Part shown: positions 40,438 through 50,421 of the stretch, in pieces
Numbering within the stretch: position 1 is the first letter of the stretch
Layout: every line of letters starts with the position of its first letter
Virus record (IMG/VR): IMGVR_UViG_3300031867_000001
Location: 96,001-160,000 of that record
Length of the DNA: 64,000 nucleotides
Origin: a virus
Lineage: Duplodnaviria > Caudoviricetes
Direction: 5' to 3' (one strand)
The notes under the pieces: model-generated
What the model was told of the DNA's origin: nothing
The model's input: the letters and a program-made list of their open reading frames with translations, nothing else
The model's database searches: none
Made by a program: the position numbers and the translations under genes

Positions 40438-42585
40438 TTACGGAGTGTTGCCGCCGTCAGTACCGGAACCATCATTCTCAGTAGCGTCAGTGGTAGTAAC
40501 CAGACCCGCCTTGGAATCAGGAACGAGAACAGTATTCTTGAATACGATTCTACCCTGGATGCCCTGGATAGCAATGGTCTTGTACTGTGCAGAAGTAGTT
40601 ACATATACTGCTGCACCACCCGGATTAGCTGCATCTGCATATGCTGCATTCTCAGGAGAGTTCGTCAGGTGACGAGCGAATCTGAGGTGCTTGTAAGAGA
40701 TGTGGAACTTATCCATCGGGTAAGCCACGATGTGGTAGAAGTACTCACGAGATACATCGGTCTCCTCAGTATTCTCCTGATATGCTGGAATGGTGGTGTA
40801 TGCATCAATTCTGTTAGAAGCAACTACACGTACCGGAGTCTCGAAGTCAGTCATAACGCCGAAGCTGTGGTTCATCTGAACACCACCGATCTCGGTGCTC
40901 TTCTGTACAGTCCAAGTTACGAACTTCTGAATCAGACGGATAGCCTTCGGGTTACCGTATACAACGAAACCAAGGTTCTCCAGCTTGCCTCTGTCACAGA
41001 GCTCATAGATCAGAGATGCGAGAGAGTTGTGAATTGCATTGGTTCTGTACTCCCAAGGATCACCAGCAAAGTTCGGAGACAGTGCGGTCGGATCCATATC
41101 AACATACTCAGTATGAGTGTAGGACTCCAGAGCCCATACGTCGGAATCATAACCGTCGTACTTATCAAACTCCTCATCGAGGAACTCGAGAATGGATTCG
41201 TCCTCGAACATCTCCTGAGCAGTTACGAGCTCCTGAACGAGTCTGTTGTAGAGGTTGAAGTTCAGAGAAGCGTTAGCCTCAGCAAAGTCCTCAACAGTGA
41301 ACGGAAGCTGGAAGCGGCAACCATCAGAAATGAGGAACTTACGGATTTCCGGATACTCACGGAAACCGATGGTTCTCATGTTGGTCTCGTTGGACATACG
41401 ACCATTGATGTAGATACCATCAATCGTGCCGCAAGAAGATGCAGTTACATAACCCTTTACAAAGTCAACGATACCACTCAGTCTGTCTGCAATACCAGTA
41501 ACAGTCTTGCCAGTAGGAAGACCAGTAGCCTCATCGATAATAGCAAGCTTCATATCCTCAGTGATACCACCGTTCAGGAATACACCACCGTTCTGGATAT
41601 CAATTGCGATACCGCCGCCAGGGAGCTTAACCTTAGTACCAGTAGAACCACTCTCTTCGCGAGTGTAGTAAGTACCAGCTACGAACGTCTCAGGTGCAGG
41701 AGTACCCTTATCATCTGCATAGTAACCAGTAGGCCAACCTGCCGGCTCAGTATCAAGAGTTACTGCGGTGTAGGTGTAAGTAGGATCGCCACCCTCAGCG
41801 ATGTGAACGAACTGGATGTTGAAATCGTAAGAAAGACGAGCTCTGAGATTCTCCTGACGATTGAGAGTCATGGGGTTGCCATTGTCATCAAGCAGCCAAG
41901 TGAAGATGTCGAACTTCTTGTTCGGGGAGTTCTTGATAACATCAAGAGAGAGCATTGCCTCATTGATTCTGTAACCCTTACCAGCGTTCCACAGCTTCTT
42001 CCACAGCGGCTTACCATCAGTATCCTTCTTGAAGTAGATAGCCGGAGTCTCATACTCTTCATTGGTCTGGTTGTTTACCAGATACTTGGTGAAGATTCTC
42101 TGTTCAATGTTGGTAGAAGATGCAGTCTGTACCGGAATAATCTCCTTACCCAGGAATCTGATGTACTGCTTAACCAGTGCCGGGAAGTCCAGAGTAGACA
42201 GCGGGAGATAGTTGGAAACGTTATAAGACTCTTGTACCACGAAGGACTTTACAGAAGAATCCCATGCAGAATCGAGCTGATCTGCAACCTGCTCCATATG
42301 CATTCTCTCTGCATCTGTCTCAGCAGGATAAGAACGAAGCTCCTCAAGAATCGGATCAAGCAGAGTAGTCTTATACTCAGTCATGATCTCGGGGTTCTCA
42401 AGCATTCTCTTAGCATCAGCCATTACGTTGACGCCGTATGTATGCTTAAGATCACCAACGGTCTGCTCAAACCGAGAATCGAAATTATCACGGAGACCTC
42501 TGAGTTCATTATCAGCCAGGCTGTTGATCATTGCCTGCTGTTCCTGGAACCAAGTTCCATGTGTAGCATTACGTGAAAAAGCCAT
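40438..42585 (-). CDS. Major capsid protein precursor
   Basis: 715 aa; strongly biased high-expression codons; last gene of the protease/scaffold block; helical propeptide ending at FVVQE-S; FVVYGNPKAIRLI and C-terminal QGIQGRIVF typical of HK97-fold jumbo-phage capsids. Confidence 0.85.
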   Translation of the reverse strand: MAFSRNATHGTWFQEQQAMINSLADNELRGLRDNFDSRFEQTVGDLKHTYGVNVMADAKRMLENPEIMTEYKTTLLDPILEELRSYPAETDAERMHMEQVADQLDSAWDSSVKSFVVQESYNVSNYLPLSTLDFPALVKQYIRFLGKEIIPVQTASSTNIEQRIFTKYLVNNQTNEEYETPAIYFKKDTDGKPLWKKLWNAGKGYRINEAMLSLDVIKNSPNKKFDIFTWLLDDNGNPMTLNRQENLRARLSYDFNIQFVHIAEGGDPTYTYTAVTLDTEPAGWPTGYYADDKGTPAPETFVAGTYYTREESGSTGTKVKLPGGGIAIDIQNGGVFLNGGITEDMKLAIIDEATGLPTGKTVTGIADRLSGIVDFVKGYVTASSCGTIDGIYINGRMSNETNMRTIGFREYPEIRKFLISDGCRFQLPFTVEDFAEANASLNFNLYNRLVQELVTAQEMFEDESILEFLDEEFDKYDGYDSDVWALESYTHTEYVDMDPTALSPNFAGDPWEYRTNAIHNSLASLIYELCDRGKLENLGFVVYGNPKAIRLIQKFVTWTVQKSTEIGGVQMNHSFGVMTDFETPVRVVASNRIDAYTTIPAYQENTEETDVSREYFYHIVAYPMDKFHISYKHLRFARHLTNSPENAAYADAANPGGAAVYVTTSAQYKTIAIQGIQGRIVFKNTVLVPDSKAGLVTTTDATENDGSGTDGGNTP

Positions 42586-42602
42586 TAAAAATCGCTCCTT
42601 TT

Positions 42603-43211
42603 TTAATTATTTTCTTCATATTGTTTTAGGTTTGTATCAATGCTTTGTAGAAGAAGTGTATACAAAGCATCTACTTTTTGGAAGAACATGATGTTCTCAC
42701 CATACTTGGCATCAACAAATTTATTCAACATATAATCTTGACATTTCTCAAGAGTATTCCGTAAACGAGATACAGGTGTATCATTTAATTTGATGATGTC
42801 ATATGACAATACAGGATTGATCTTATTCAAATTCTCCAATATATTCTCAATCTCAGAATTACGCTCAATCATTTGTTGATATAACTTGTGATTCAGAACC
42901 GCATTTGCTTTATCGGATAATTTGGTATCATTTGCATTGTCATCGTTTGTTTGATCGTCCGATGATGAATCATCACCACCATCGAGTTGATCATCTTGTT
43001 GAGTTGTATCCCCATTTGATGAATCATCAAATGAACCAAGATCCAATGATGAATCATCAGCAGGTGGTGGTTCATCCATTCCATCTGGTGGAGCTGACTG
43101 CTCAGGTGCTGTATCAACACCTTGGTCTGGAGGAGTGTCAGTTCCACCATCGAATGGCTCAACCAAATCCCCATCAGCTTCCATAACCATCAGGAACAGA
43201 TCAGATGCCAT
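42603..43211 (-). CDS. Probable prohead scaffold/core protein
   Basis: Very acidic disordered N-half after MVMEA, helical C-half; directly upstream of the capsid gene; GGAGG SD. Confidence 0.55.
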   Translation of the reverse strand: MASDLFLMVMEADGDLVEPFDGGTDTPPDQGVDTAPEQSAPPDGMDEPPPADDSSLDLGSFDDSSNGDTTQQDDQLDGGDDSSSDDQTNDDNANDTKLSDKANAVLNHKLYQQMIERNSEIENILENLNKINPVLSYDIIKLNDTPVSRLRNTLEKCQDYMLNKFVDAKYGENIMFFQKVDALYTLLLQSIDTNLKQYEENN

Positions 43212-43225
43212 CGCAGTCACCTCCG

Positions 43226-45958
43226 TTAATTTACATTTTTGGCTTTAATAATCGGAGACTTTGTAACAGCAGCCGCTTGATTCTGCATCTTAACACGTAA
43301 ACGCATTAAACGATACTTCTCTTGCAATGCCGCTTTCTTTTGTTCTGGAGTACGAGCATAAGATGCTTTGTGATCCAGCTTTTCAATCCGATCATTAAGG
43401 ATTTCGATCTCAGTGACAAATTCTTCTTGGACTTCTTTACGAAGACGAGTATTTGCATCATACTCACGTTTGCCGAGTGCAACTGTTGCCATGAATCCCA
43501 TGTATGGATTCAATGCATATGCAATTGCAACCGCACCAAGTTTCATAGCCCACCGAGACGCTGTGAACACGCTGCTTCGATATGATGGAGAGTCAAGTAA
43601 TTCTTGCTTGACCTTATCATCATCTTGCTTGATCAAGTTGTCGACAAACTGGGTTAACCATGTTTTTGCACGATCAAACGGTCTGACAACAGCTTTACCA
43701 ATCGAAACACCAGCGTTCAATTGTTTCTTGGCTTCTTGTTGTTTAGCCAATGATTTACGATCAACATCCATTGCCGTTGTCAATAGATCCGGTTTTGGAC
43801 GATTGTTCGTATTGGCATCTTCCTTGACAAATAGGGGCTCTTCATTATATAAAAAAGAAAATACTTCTTGAATGGTTTTACCGGTGGAAAAGGTAGAATC
43901 ATCGTTTTTCGTATCTTCAGATTTTACATTTGATGAAGTATTTGTGGCAGAAGGTGTGCCATTATTATTACTGTTTGATGGGGTATTATTGATGCCTCCT
44001 TTAATCGTAGAATTCTTGATATCGTGAGAATTCTTGCGAATGGTTTTGTTTTCAGACATATCATTCGTTGTTCGATTAAAGGAATTATTGTAAGTAATGT
44101 TATAAACAATTTGTCCGTGCTTGTGCGGTTTCGATGGATCAACGGGATCAACATCCGCATCTTTACCAAATGCATCGTCCATGTCTTTACCGTCTTGACC
44201 AAATACATTTGCACGGGTTTCAACCGAATCCGCCAATTCATCAATTGGATTCTCGGGGATTCCATCCGGAACCGGTGCGTCTTCAACTTCCGTTTCAGCA
44301 TCCGAAGAATCACCGGGTGAATCTACTTGCATGCGGGTTTTCATATAATTGGGCAATTCACCATTCACCGCGGGTTTTACTTCTTGAATGAATTGTAATA
44401 CTTCAAGTGGTGAATATCCTTCATTGTAGAATCGATCTCCCAATGTATTGATTTCTTGATGGACGACATCCAAGAATTCTTCACACAGATGCATTTCCGA
44501 AATTGTCATGTCGGTACGTTTATCAATATAATTGTAAACATACTCGGTGACATCCGTCATGTTTTGTACGTCGTTATTCACCGTTTGATCAATTGGCTTT
44601 TTAGCCGCTTGATCATATGGATTGGATTTACGGGAGTTTGCATTCAACCGAGCACGGATGCTTTTGACAAAGTTGTCTTCATTCTTCCATTCATTCTCAC
44701 GAACGGATTGTGGCATGACATTATAAAGAATATCAAAATAGATCCGAGAATCAAAGATGTTAAACAAAATCAACAGCTCATGATTCTTGACGTATGCATT
44801 TGGATCCGATGCAAGACGCAATGTCAGAAAGTCTTCCAAGAATTGAAGCGTTCCTTCTTTGTCTGTTTTGAATACAGTAAACAGATCGTAATTCTTGAAA
44901 CGCTTCGCTCCATTGTTTTGTTTCATAATGGACGCATACGAATCGGTGTATTTCTTCAAGGCTTTGTCATCAAACACACGATTTGTGAATTTCTTGGGAT
45001 TGTCAAATACACGTGCCAGTATCACAGGCAACACCATGCAAGTATAATCATCAGGATTGATTTTATTTGCATTTGTATTAATGAATTCTTCAATGTCTTC
45101 GACAGTGTCACATGTTTTCAATCCAGCCAACAAACGTGTGATTGCAGCAGTGAATTGTTTTGAGATTTGCCACTTCTTGGAATCTTCATGATATCGAATG
45201 TGTGGTGGATTTGTTTCTTCAAAAAAATTAATCTCCGCACGTTCGATCAAATATGATTCGGCAACCACCGAATTACCATCATCACCATTATCACCACGAT
45301 CATCAACAACGATTTCAATATCGGTTCGATCTTTTGATTTCTTGATTCTTTCAATCTCAATTTCCGGTTTCAATACATTTGGTGCATTGATATATTCCGA
45401 ATGTAAAACACCTTTGACATATGTGGAAACATCAAACAGTTTGTATCCTTCATCACCAGTCAACATGTTCACAATATTCTCACCAAGTTCATTCAATGAA
45501 ATTGGTTCGGAAAATGTATTGATTACATTTGCATACTTGGATGGAGTTGTGAACAGTTCCAATGAATAGATTCCTTCAAAGAGTTCTTCAATACCACTTT
45601 TATGTTCACTCATAAATTGCAGCATCTTATATCCAACGAATGAATCAATCAATGATTGGGTTTCTGGTTCTAAAGAAAACTCATTATCTGTATCCGCATC
45701 TTCTGATGTAATTTCATCCAATGCTTTATGAATTTCTTGTAAAGCATCTTCAATTTTGGATGTATCATCAATCCATGTTGGATCAATCGATTCCATCCAT
45801 TTTAAGATACCAAGCATTGTTGGTTCTATTTCCACATCATCTTCATCCAGCATTGGAAAGTTCTTTGTTTTATATTCAGATTGAAAGAAAGCATTTAACG
45901 ATTCAACACATTTTGCAAAATTTGTAAAATATGTATTCTTTACTGTAATTTGAATCAT
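43226..45958 (-). CDS. Probable internal head protein (910 aa)
   Basis: Lies between protease and scaffold; several hydrophobic-X-X-E motifs (VVAES, FFEET, FIQEV, FVKED); hydrophobic hairpin near the C-terminus. Confidence 0.6.
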   Translation of the reverse strand: MIQITVKNTYFTNFAKCVESLNAFFQSEYKTKNFPMLDEDDVEIEPTMLGILKWMESIDPTWIDDTSKIEDALQEIHKALDEITSEDADTDNEFSLEPETQSLIDSFVGYKMLQFMSEHKSGIEELFEGIYSLELFTTPSKYANVINTFSEPISLNELGENIVNMLTGDEGYKLFDVSTYVKGVLHSEYINAPNVLKPEIEIERIKKSKDRTDIEIVVDDRGDNGDDGNSVVAESYLIERAEINFFEETNPPHIRYHEDSKKWQISKQFTAAITRLLAGLKTCDTVEDIEEFINTNANKINPDDYTCMVLPVILARVFDNPKKFTNRVFDDKALKKYTDSYASIMKQNNGAKRFKNYDLFTVFKTDKEGTLQFLEDFLTLRLASDPNAYVKNHELLILFNIFDSRIYFDILYNVMPQSVRENEWKNEDNFVKSIRARLNANSRKSNPYDQAAKKPIDQTVNNDVQNMTDVTEYVYNYIDKRTDMTISEMHLCEEFLDVVHQEINTLGDRFYNEGYSPLEVLQFIQEVKPAVNGELPNYMKTRMQVDSPGDSSDAETEVEDAPVPDGIPENPIDELADSVETRANVFGQDGKDMDDAFGKDADVDPVDPSKPHKHGQIVYNITYNNSFNRTTNDMSENKTIRKNSHDIKNSTIKGGINNTPSNSNNNGTPSATNTSSNVKSEDTKNDDSTFSTGKTIQEVFSFLYNEEPLFVKEDANTNNRPKPDLLTTAMDVDRKSLAKQQEAKKQLNAGVSIGKAVVRPFDRAKTWLTQFVDNLIKQDDDKVKQELLDSPSYRSSVFTASRWAMKLGAVAIAYALNPYMGFMATVALGKREYDANTRLRKEVQEEFVTEIEILNDRIEKLDHKASYARTPEQKKAALQEKYRLMRLRVKMQNQAAAVTKSPIIKAKNVN

Positions 45959-45963
45959 TCGTA

Positions 45964-46842
45964 TTAGCTCCTTCCACGCAGAATATTCATTGCCTCTCTG
46001 TAAGTATCTCCCTTCAACGGAACAGCGATTCTGGAACGATCATGAGAATCAATAATGATATTACCATTTGCAATACCAGTGATCTCGTCCATAGAAATCT
46101 CAAAGGATTCCATAATGACGTTCATACCCTCATCCTTGTCTGCACAATACTGAGCCAACTCCTGTAAGAATACAACACGTCCATATCCATTCTCATCACC
46201 TTCAAGATTCATCTGATATGACTCATTGAAACTACGTGGAGTGATGTCTGCATTCGCATCATGATGAGACGGGAAGTTCACACAGTCGAATGTGATAACC
46301 TTATTGACTCTGATGTTGGGAGAATTCGGACGTGCATTCGGAATCATATTTCCAAGTAAACGAACAGAATACGATGGTACGGCACCCTGATCAAGAATCA
46401 ATGAGGCAACATACTTACCAGCATCATTTGTTGCTTGTGTGGTGATATGACCCTTGTAACGATCACCCTCCAGTCGGGGTTTGGAAATGTATGAACAAAT
46501 GTTCAATGGCTTTGGGATTGTCATACGGATGTCACTCAATTGCTCCCCTTTATTTAGAGGCGATGGATGATCCAGCTCTTGACCCCATTTGTTCTGTCTT
46601 AAGAGAGTCTGGATTCTTTCATCATTGTCGATACATGAAACAAGGTTTTGTGCATCATATCGACGTCCCATTCTGTTATAACAATTGAATGTCTGGAGTG
46701 TTGCATCAAATTCAACAATCGGTGTACCAAATGCGGATTGACGAACCGTGTATCCACCGGGTTTCAGTTCAGAAGACTGTGGAGACTCTTGGATGAAACA
46801 CGCTGTTTCGTACTGATTCGTTTGAGTACTCTTTAACGGCAT
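45964..46842 (-). CDS. Prohead core protease (T4 gp21-like serine protease)
   Basis: NRMGRRY, GQELDHP (His), PSYSVRLLG (Ser) and ITFDCVNFPSH (Asp) match gp21-family motifs. Confidence 0.9.
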   Translation of the reverse strand: MPLKSTQTNQYETACFIQESPQSSELKPGGYTVRQSAFGTPIVEFDATLQTFNCYNRMGRRYDAQNLVSCIDNDERIQTLLRQNKWGQELDHPSPLNKGEQLSDIRMTIPKPLNICSYISKPRLEGDRYKGHITTQATNDAGKYVASLILDQGAVPSYSVRLLGNMIPNARPNSPNIRVNKVITFDCVNFPSHHDANADITPRSFNESYQMNLEGDENGYGRVVFLQELAQYCADKDEGMNVIMESFEISMDEITGIANGNIIIDSHDRSRIAVPLKGDTYREAMNILRGRS

Positions 46843-46896
46843 ACTATACCATTCCTTTCGTAATTAATGTATTCATTGAATATATATGATCAATGT

Positions 46897-46908
46897 TAAT
46901 GATTCGTT
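46897..46908 (-). promoter_or_regulatory. Putative late promoter AACG-N6-TA
   Basis: Minus strand AACG-AATCAT-TA at the head of the capsid operon. Confidence 0.6.
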
Positions 46909-46924
46909 TTCACAAGAAAAAAGA

Positions 46925-46945
46925 ACCCCGCTTGTGATGCGGGGT
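46925..46945 (-). terminator. Intrinsic terminator
   Basis: ACCCCGC/GCGGGGT stem followed by a U-rich tract on the minus strand. Confidence 0.75.
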
Positions 46946-47075
46946 CCTTTGCCAGTTATGATAGTTTTTCAGCTTCAATGTTCTTGCGAACTTGATGAAT
47001 ATTTCGATATTGGTCATAATAACATTCTCCATTTCTCCGGGACACTTTTAGGGGGTCCCGGGTTCCCTATCTTGG

Positions 47076-47582
47076 TTACTCATCTGGAGTAATTTGATCT
47101 TGCTCGTTTTTATGTAATACACCTGTCTGTACCATATCCTGAAAAAGTCTCTCATAGAATGTGCGTTTTTCTGGGGTTATGTTATGGATATCACTTACAA
47201 GAATGCGAGTGATTCCATCATTACCGTTACACAACTGGAAAACGTCTAATACTTTTGAAATGTTTTCAGAACAAATTACTGTACAATGCACAGTAATACA
47301 TTTGTAACCATTTTCAACAACGATGTTGCTATCATCCAGATAATAGCGTTGTTTGTCTAACGCTATTGTGTCAAATGCCTTCTTATATTTTCTAATATAG
47401 GCTTTGCATACTGCGTTTCGCAGCAACCTTCGGATCGTGGTATAATACACGTATTTTCTCCCGTTGTCATCATAGATAGACAGTGCATTTCCTCTTTCAC
47501 AAACGATTTTCTCTTCGAGCAAATCGGGTTCATTACCTTCGAATTTAGCGTCGATGAATGTGATCGTGAGCTTTCTTTCCAT
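47076..47582 (-). CDS. Hypothetical early protein (168 aa)
   Basis: SD AAGGAGGAATT; downstream of the MYG1-like gene. Confidence 0.75.
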   Translation of the reverse strand: MERKLTITFIDAKFEGNEPDLLEEKIVCERGNALSIYDDNGRKYVYYTTIRRLLRNAVCKAYIRKYKKAFDTIALDKQRYYLDDSNIVVENGYKCITVHCTVICSENISKVLDVFQLCNGNDGITRILVSDIHNITPEKRTFYERLFQDMVQTGVLHKNEQDQITPDE

Positions 47583-47616
47583 ACTAATTCCTCCTTAAAG
47601 GTGTGAGATGCCGCTG

Positions 47617-48006
47617 TTACGCGGCATCTCTATTGTTTAATACTTCATTGGCGAGTTCGATCGCACGGTCGATGGAGTCGACCGTGATCATGGTCCGCCA
47701 GTTAACCATGAAGGTTACACCTTCGGGCTTGGTGGTGAGCCACTCTGCAGGGAAGAGACCCTTGCCCTGGGGAATCTGAAGATTCCACGTTCCAGGATCA
47801 CGTCCAGGGAACACGACCGCGATGACATCATCACGCTTCTTCATATAACCCTGCCAAGGCACGAACTTTGTCAGGATCATAACACCATTGCGTACTTCAA
47901 CGGTGTCAAGTACTTCGTCCACGTTAAGACGCGCTTCGTCCTTGCGGATGATACGATCTACGAGTGGCTGAAGCCATTCGAGAGCCTCGAAGAATGCTTC
48001 ACCCAT
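47617..48006 (-). CDS. MYG1 (UPF0160) family nuclease, C-terminal part
   Basis: EAFFEALE...FVPWQ...VVFP...WNLQ...FPAEW...GVTF...AIELA matches the MYG1 C-half; in a different frame from the N-half; possible own ATG at 48006. Confidence 0.7.
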   Translation of the reverse strand: MGEAFFEALEWLQPLVDRIIRKDEARLNVDEVLDTVEVRNGVMILTKFVPWQGYMKKRDDVIAVVFPGRDPGTWNLQIPQGKGLFPAEWLTTKPEGVTFMVNWRTMITVDSIDRAIELANEVLNNRDAA

Positions 48007-48445
48007 GGGTGAAGTCTTCCTCATCCCAATTGGGAGCAAACGATCTGATCGCTGCTCCAAGCGGAGTCCACTTGACTCCAGTGTCATGCAGGTCAACTGC
48101 ATGTACCAGTTCAGTCAGCCCCGCATAGTCCTTGGTGCGACCGAATGTCTCCCACATCCGACCGACAGCTGCCTTTACAGCAGCAGGGTCGGACTCTGTG
48201 TTGTATACGTCCTGGTGGTGGTCAAAAAGCCACCTTTCGGGATCGTACACTTTGCCGACATCTGCGATCACGACGCCGTTCTCAGGACCGGCGGTATTGA
48301 GACTGGGGTTGTTTAACCGAACCACCTCAACGTCGGGAAACTCGTGACGAATGATCGCCACAGTCAGAAGATCATCCAAGTGGAATACACCACCGTGAAC
48401 GATAACTTTGCGGATGCTACCTACAGACTCATTGAAAATAGACAT
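47999..48445 (-). CDS. MYG1 (UPF0160) family DHH-type nuclease, N-terminal part
   Basis: VHGGVFHLDD, DVGKVYDP..FDHHQ, VDLHDTG and FAPNWDE are MYG1 signatures; SD AAGGAGGAG. Confidence 0.85.
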   Translation of the reverse strand: MSIFNESVGSIRKVIVHGGVFHLDDLLTVAIIRHEFPDVEVVRLNNPSLNTAGPENGVVIADVGKVYDPERWLFDHHQDVYNTESDPAAVKAAVGRMWETFGRTKDYAGLTELVHAVDLHDTGVKWTPLGAAIRSFAPNWDEEDFTHG

Positions 48446-48502
48446 GAGATCTCCTCCTTAAGAATGATTAGGTTTTTCGGAAAGGTTTGAAATTTCTTTC
48501 TA

Positions 48503-48529
48503 TACCATATTAATTATATATATTTCAAA
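48503..48529 (-). promoter_or_regulatory. Putative phage early promoter
   Basis: TACCATATTAATTATATATATTTCAAA, 25/27 identical to 13462-13488. Confidence 0.75.
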
Positions 48530-48550
48530 TTTTAATATAATAAATTTAAG

Positions 48551-48572
48551 GATGGGGGCATATGCCCCCATC
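48551..48572. terminator. Terminator, perfect palindrome
   Basis: GATGGGGGCATATGCCCCCATC after the 48578 stop. Confidence 0.8.
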
Positions 48573-48577
48573 ACATA

Positions 48578-49804
48578 TCATTGTTTTACTTGATTGATTT
48601 TCATCAGAATGAATGTTGCTAATAAACAAATATAAGCACGTGTGTATTCATCTTTACATTTGTACTTCTTTGAGAATGGAGCAACGACTGGTTTACCGGC
48701 AATTGCACGATCAACCGCTGTTGGGAAGTTTGTGATTCTACCAATATACTTTGAAGAATTGATATCTTTGATTTCATTTCCTTCTTTGGTAATGAATACA
48801 TACAGAATCAAATCCAATATATTGGAGATGTCTTCTTTCTCAACACGTTGTGCCAATTCAAACAATTCGTTTTGTTTCACATTCTTCTGTTGAGCAATGG
48901 CTTTGTACAACCGACCATTGTTATGGTAATCCCGATCTCCTTGACGAATCATACGCAATAATGTATTACGTATACCAGATGTGGATTTTGTTTCAACATA
49001 TTCGGTATCATCTCCACTCTTGATATCATCACCGATTTTATTACCATTATCCAAATTATCATGGTAACGTTGTGCCAACAAACGCATGTTCTGATTGAAT
49101 GATGTACGAACACGATTCAAGAAATTGAATAATGTCGTTGGAGTCATATCCAGTGATAAAGATGAACGGAAGAATGCAAAACAAGAATCAACCGTACCAC
49201 CAATCCAATTGATTACATTTTCACTTTTAACCAAGTTCCATGTATGGTCCAATTGCATGTACGTATATGTCATGACCGGGACGGACGGTTCTGCTTTTTG
49301 GAAATATTTATTAAAGATCAATGCATAAATTGTCAATCCAAGTTGTTGACGTGCCGAATCACGTAATTGGCGATTACCGGACATGTCGGAATAATATAAC
49401 GCAATTGCATGAATGATGTTGGATGGTGTTTGTGTGATTGTTTTAAAGTCAGCAGATGAACTGACAAACTTACCCATCTCTTTTACGATTTGTGTGATCT
49501 CGCTCTTTGTAAAGCCAAACAATTCAAAGATGTGATCAACATACTTTCTTGGATAGATAACACGTTTCGTTGGAAACTCACGTGCAAGCATTTCTGCATT
49601 TGCATCCAAAAAATCAACACCATATTTGATGTATTCATTTCGATTTTTTGGTACTGATAATACATCAATGATTGGATCGATTAATTTCGTCTTTAAGAAC
49701 AATGATGCTTCTGTTGGTTTAGAATTGTTTCCTTCCATAATCATGGCGAACAATTCCGATTGCTCTTCATAAATATCAACACCATCTGATTCCATAAAAA
49801 ACAT
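48578..49804 (-). CDS. Helical protein (~408 aa), probably virion-packaged
   Basis: ORF track; N-terminal FFMES and IMEG motifs; same operon as the RNAP beta C-part. Confidence 0.65.
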   Translation of the reverse strand: MFFMESDGVDIYEEQSELFAMIMEGNNSKPTEASLFLKTKLIDPIIDVLSVPKNRNEYIKYGVDFLDANAEMLAREFPTKRVIYPRKYVDHIFELFGFTKSEITQIVKEMGKFVSSSADFKTITQTPSNIIHAIALYYSDMSGNRQLRDSARQQLGLTIYALIFNKYFQKAEPSVPVMTYTYMQLDHTWNLVKSENVINWIGGTVDSCFAFFRSSLSLDMTPTTLFNFLNRVRTSFNQNMRLLAQRYHDNLDNGNKIGDDIKSGDDTEYVETKSTSGIRNTLLRMIRQGDRDYHNNGRLYKAIAQQKNVKQNELFELAQRVEKEDISNILDLILYVFITKEGNEIKDINSSKYIGRITNFPTAVDRAIAGKPVVAPFSKKYKCKDEYTRAYICLLATFILMKINQVKQ

Positions 49805-49819
49805 TTGTGAAATCACCTC

Positions 49820-50392
49820 TTACTGGTTATTGTTATTATGCTTCTTTCTGTTACGACGATTACGTCTGATGTTGTTGATGGTATCTTCTTTGGTTGATGA
49901 TGCTTCATCGGCGGTTGTTTCATTCTCAACAGTGGTGGTTGTTTCAACAACTTCATCAGAAACGGCTACAACAATATCATCATTTGTAACACTTTCATCA
50001 ACAATTACTTCATCATTCGATACTTCTTCCACCATCGTTGTTTCTTCTTCCGCAGGTTCAGGTGTTTCAGTATGTACAACCGGTTCGGGAACGATTGTTT
50101 TTGTTTCAACAACCGGAACGTTTTCCTTCGGAATTGGTTTGATAACAACCTTCTCCATCTTAGGAACGTTGATATTGAGTCTATTAGCAGCCTCTTTCTC
50201 TTCAAGCTCAATCTTTGCAAACTCACACACATTCTTTGTTGTGATTTGTAAACCAGATTCACAATCAAACACACGAAATACACGATATGCCAAAATACGT
50301 TGAATCAGCGCAATATCGGCTTCACGATTATAAACCGGAGCAAGTGCGTTAATACCCGGAACTCTACCTCTACCCGTAACATTTATCTTCAT
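49820..50392 (-). CDS. Hypothetical protein with a low-complexity acidic body and a basic tail
   Basis: SD AAAGGAG; E/V/T-rich region; C-terminal RRNRRNRKKH. Confidence 0.7.
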   Translation of the reverse strand: MKINVTGRGRVPGINALAPVYNREADIALIQRILAYRVFRVFDCESGLQITTKNVCEFAKIELEEKEAANRLNINVPKMEKVVIKPIPKENVPVVETKTIVPEPVVHTETPEPAEEETTMVEEVSNDEVIVDESVTNDDIVVAVSDEVVETTTTVENETTADEASSTKEDTINNIRRNRRNRKKHNNNNQ

Positions 50393-50421
50393 ATAAAATC
50401 TCTCCTTTTATAATATAATGA

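Noticed and set aside
40393-42576. 727-aa plus-strand ORF antisense to the capsid gene
   Set aside because: Shadow ORF in the codon-aligned antisense frame of a strongly codon-biased gene; no SD, starts inside a terminator, and the sequence is not protein-like.
46956-47075. In-frame continuation after the 47076 stop (possible readthrough or recoding) with a CCGGGAC/GTCCCGG hairpin
   Set aside because: It needs passage through both TAA and TAG, and all other genes read cleanly in the standard code, so there is no support for stop reassignment.
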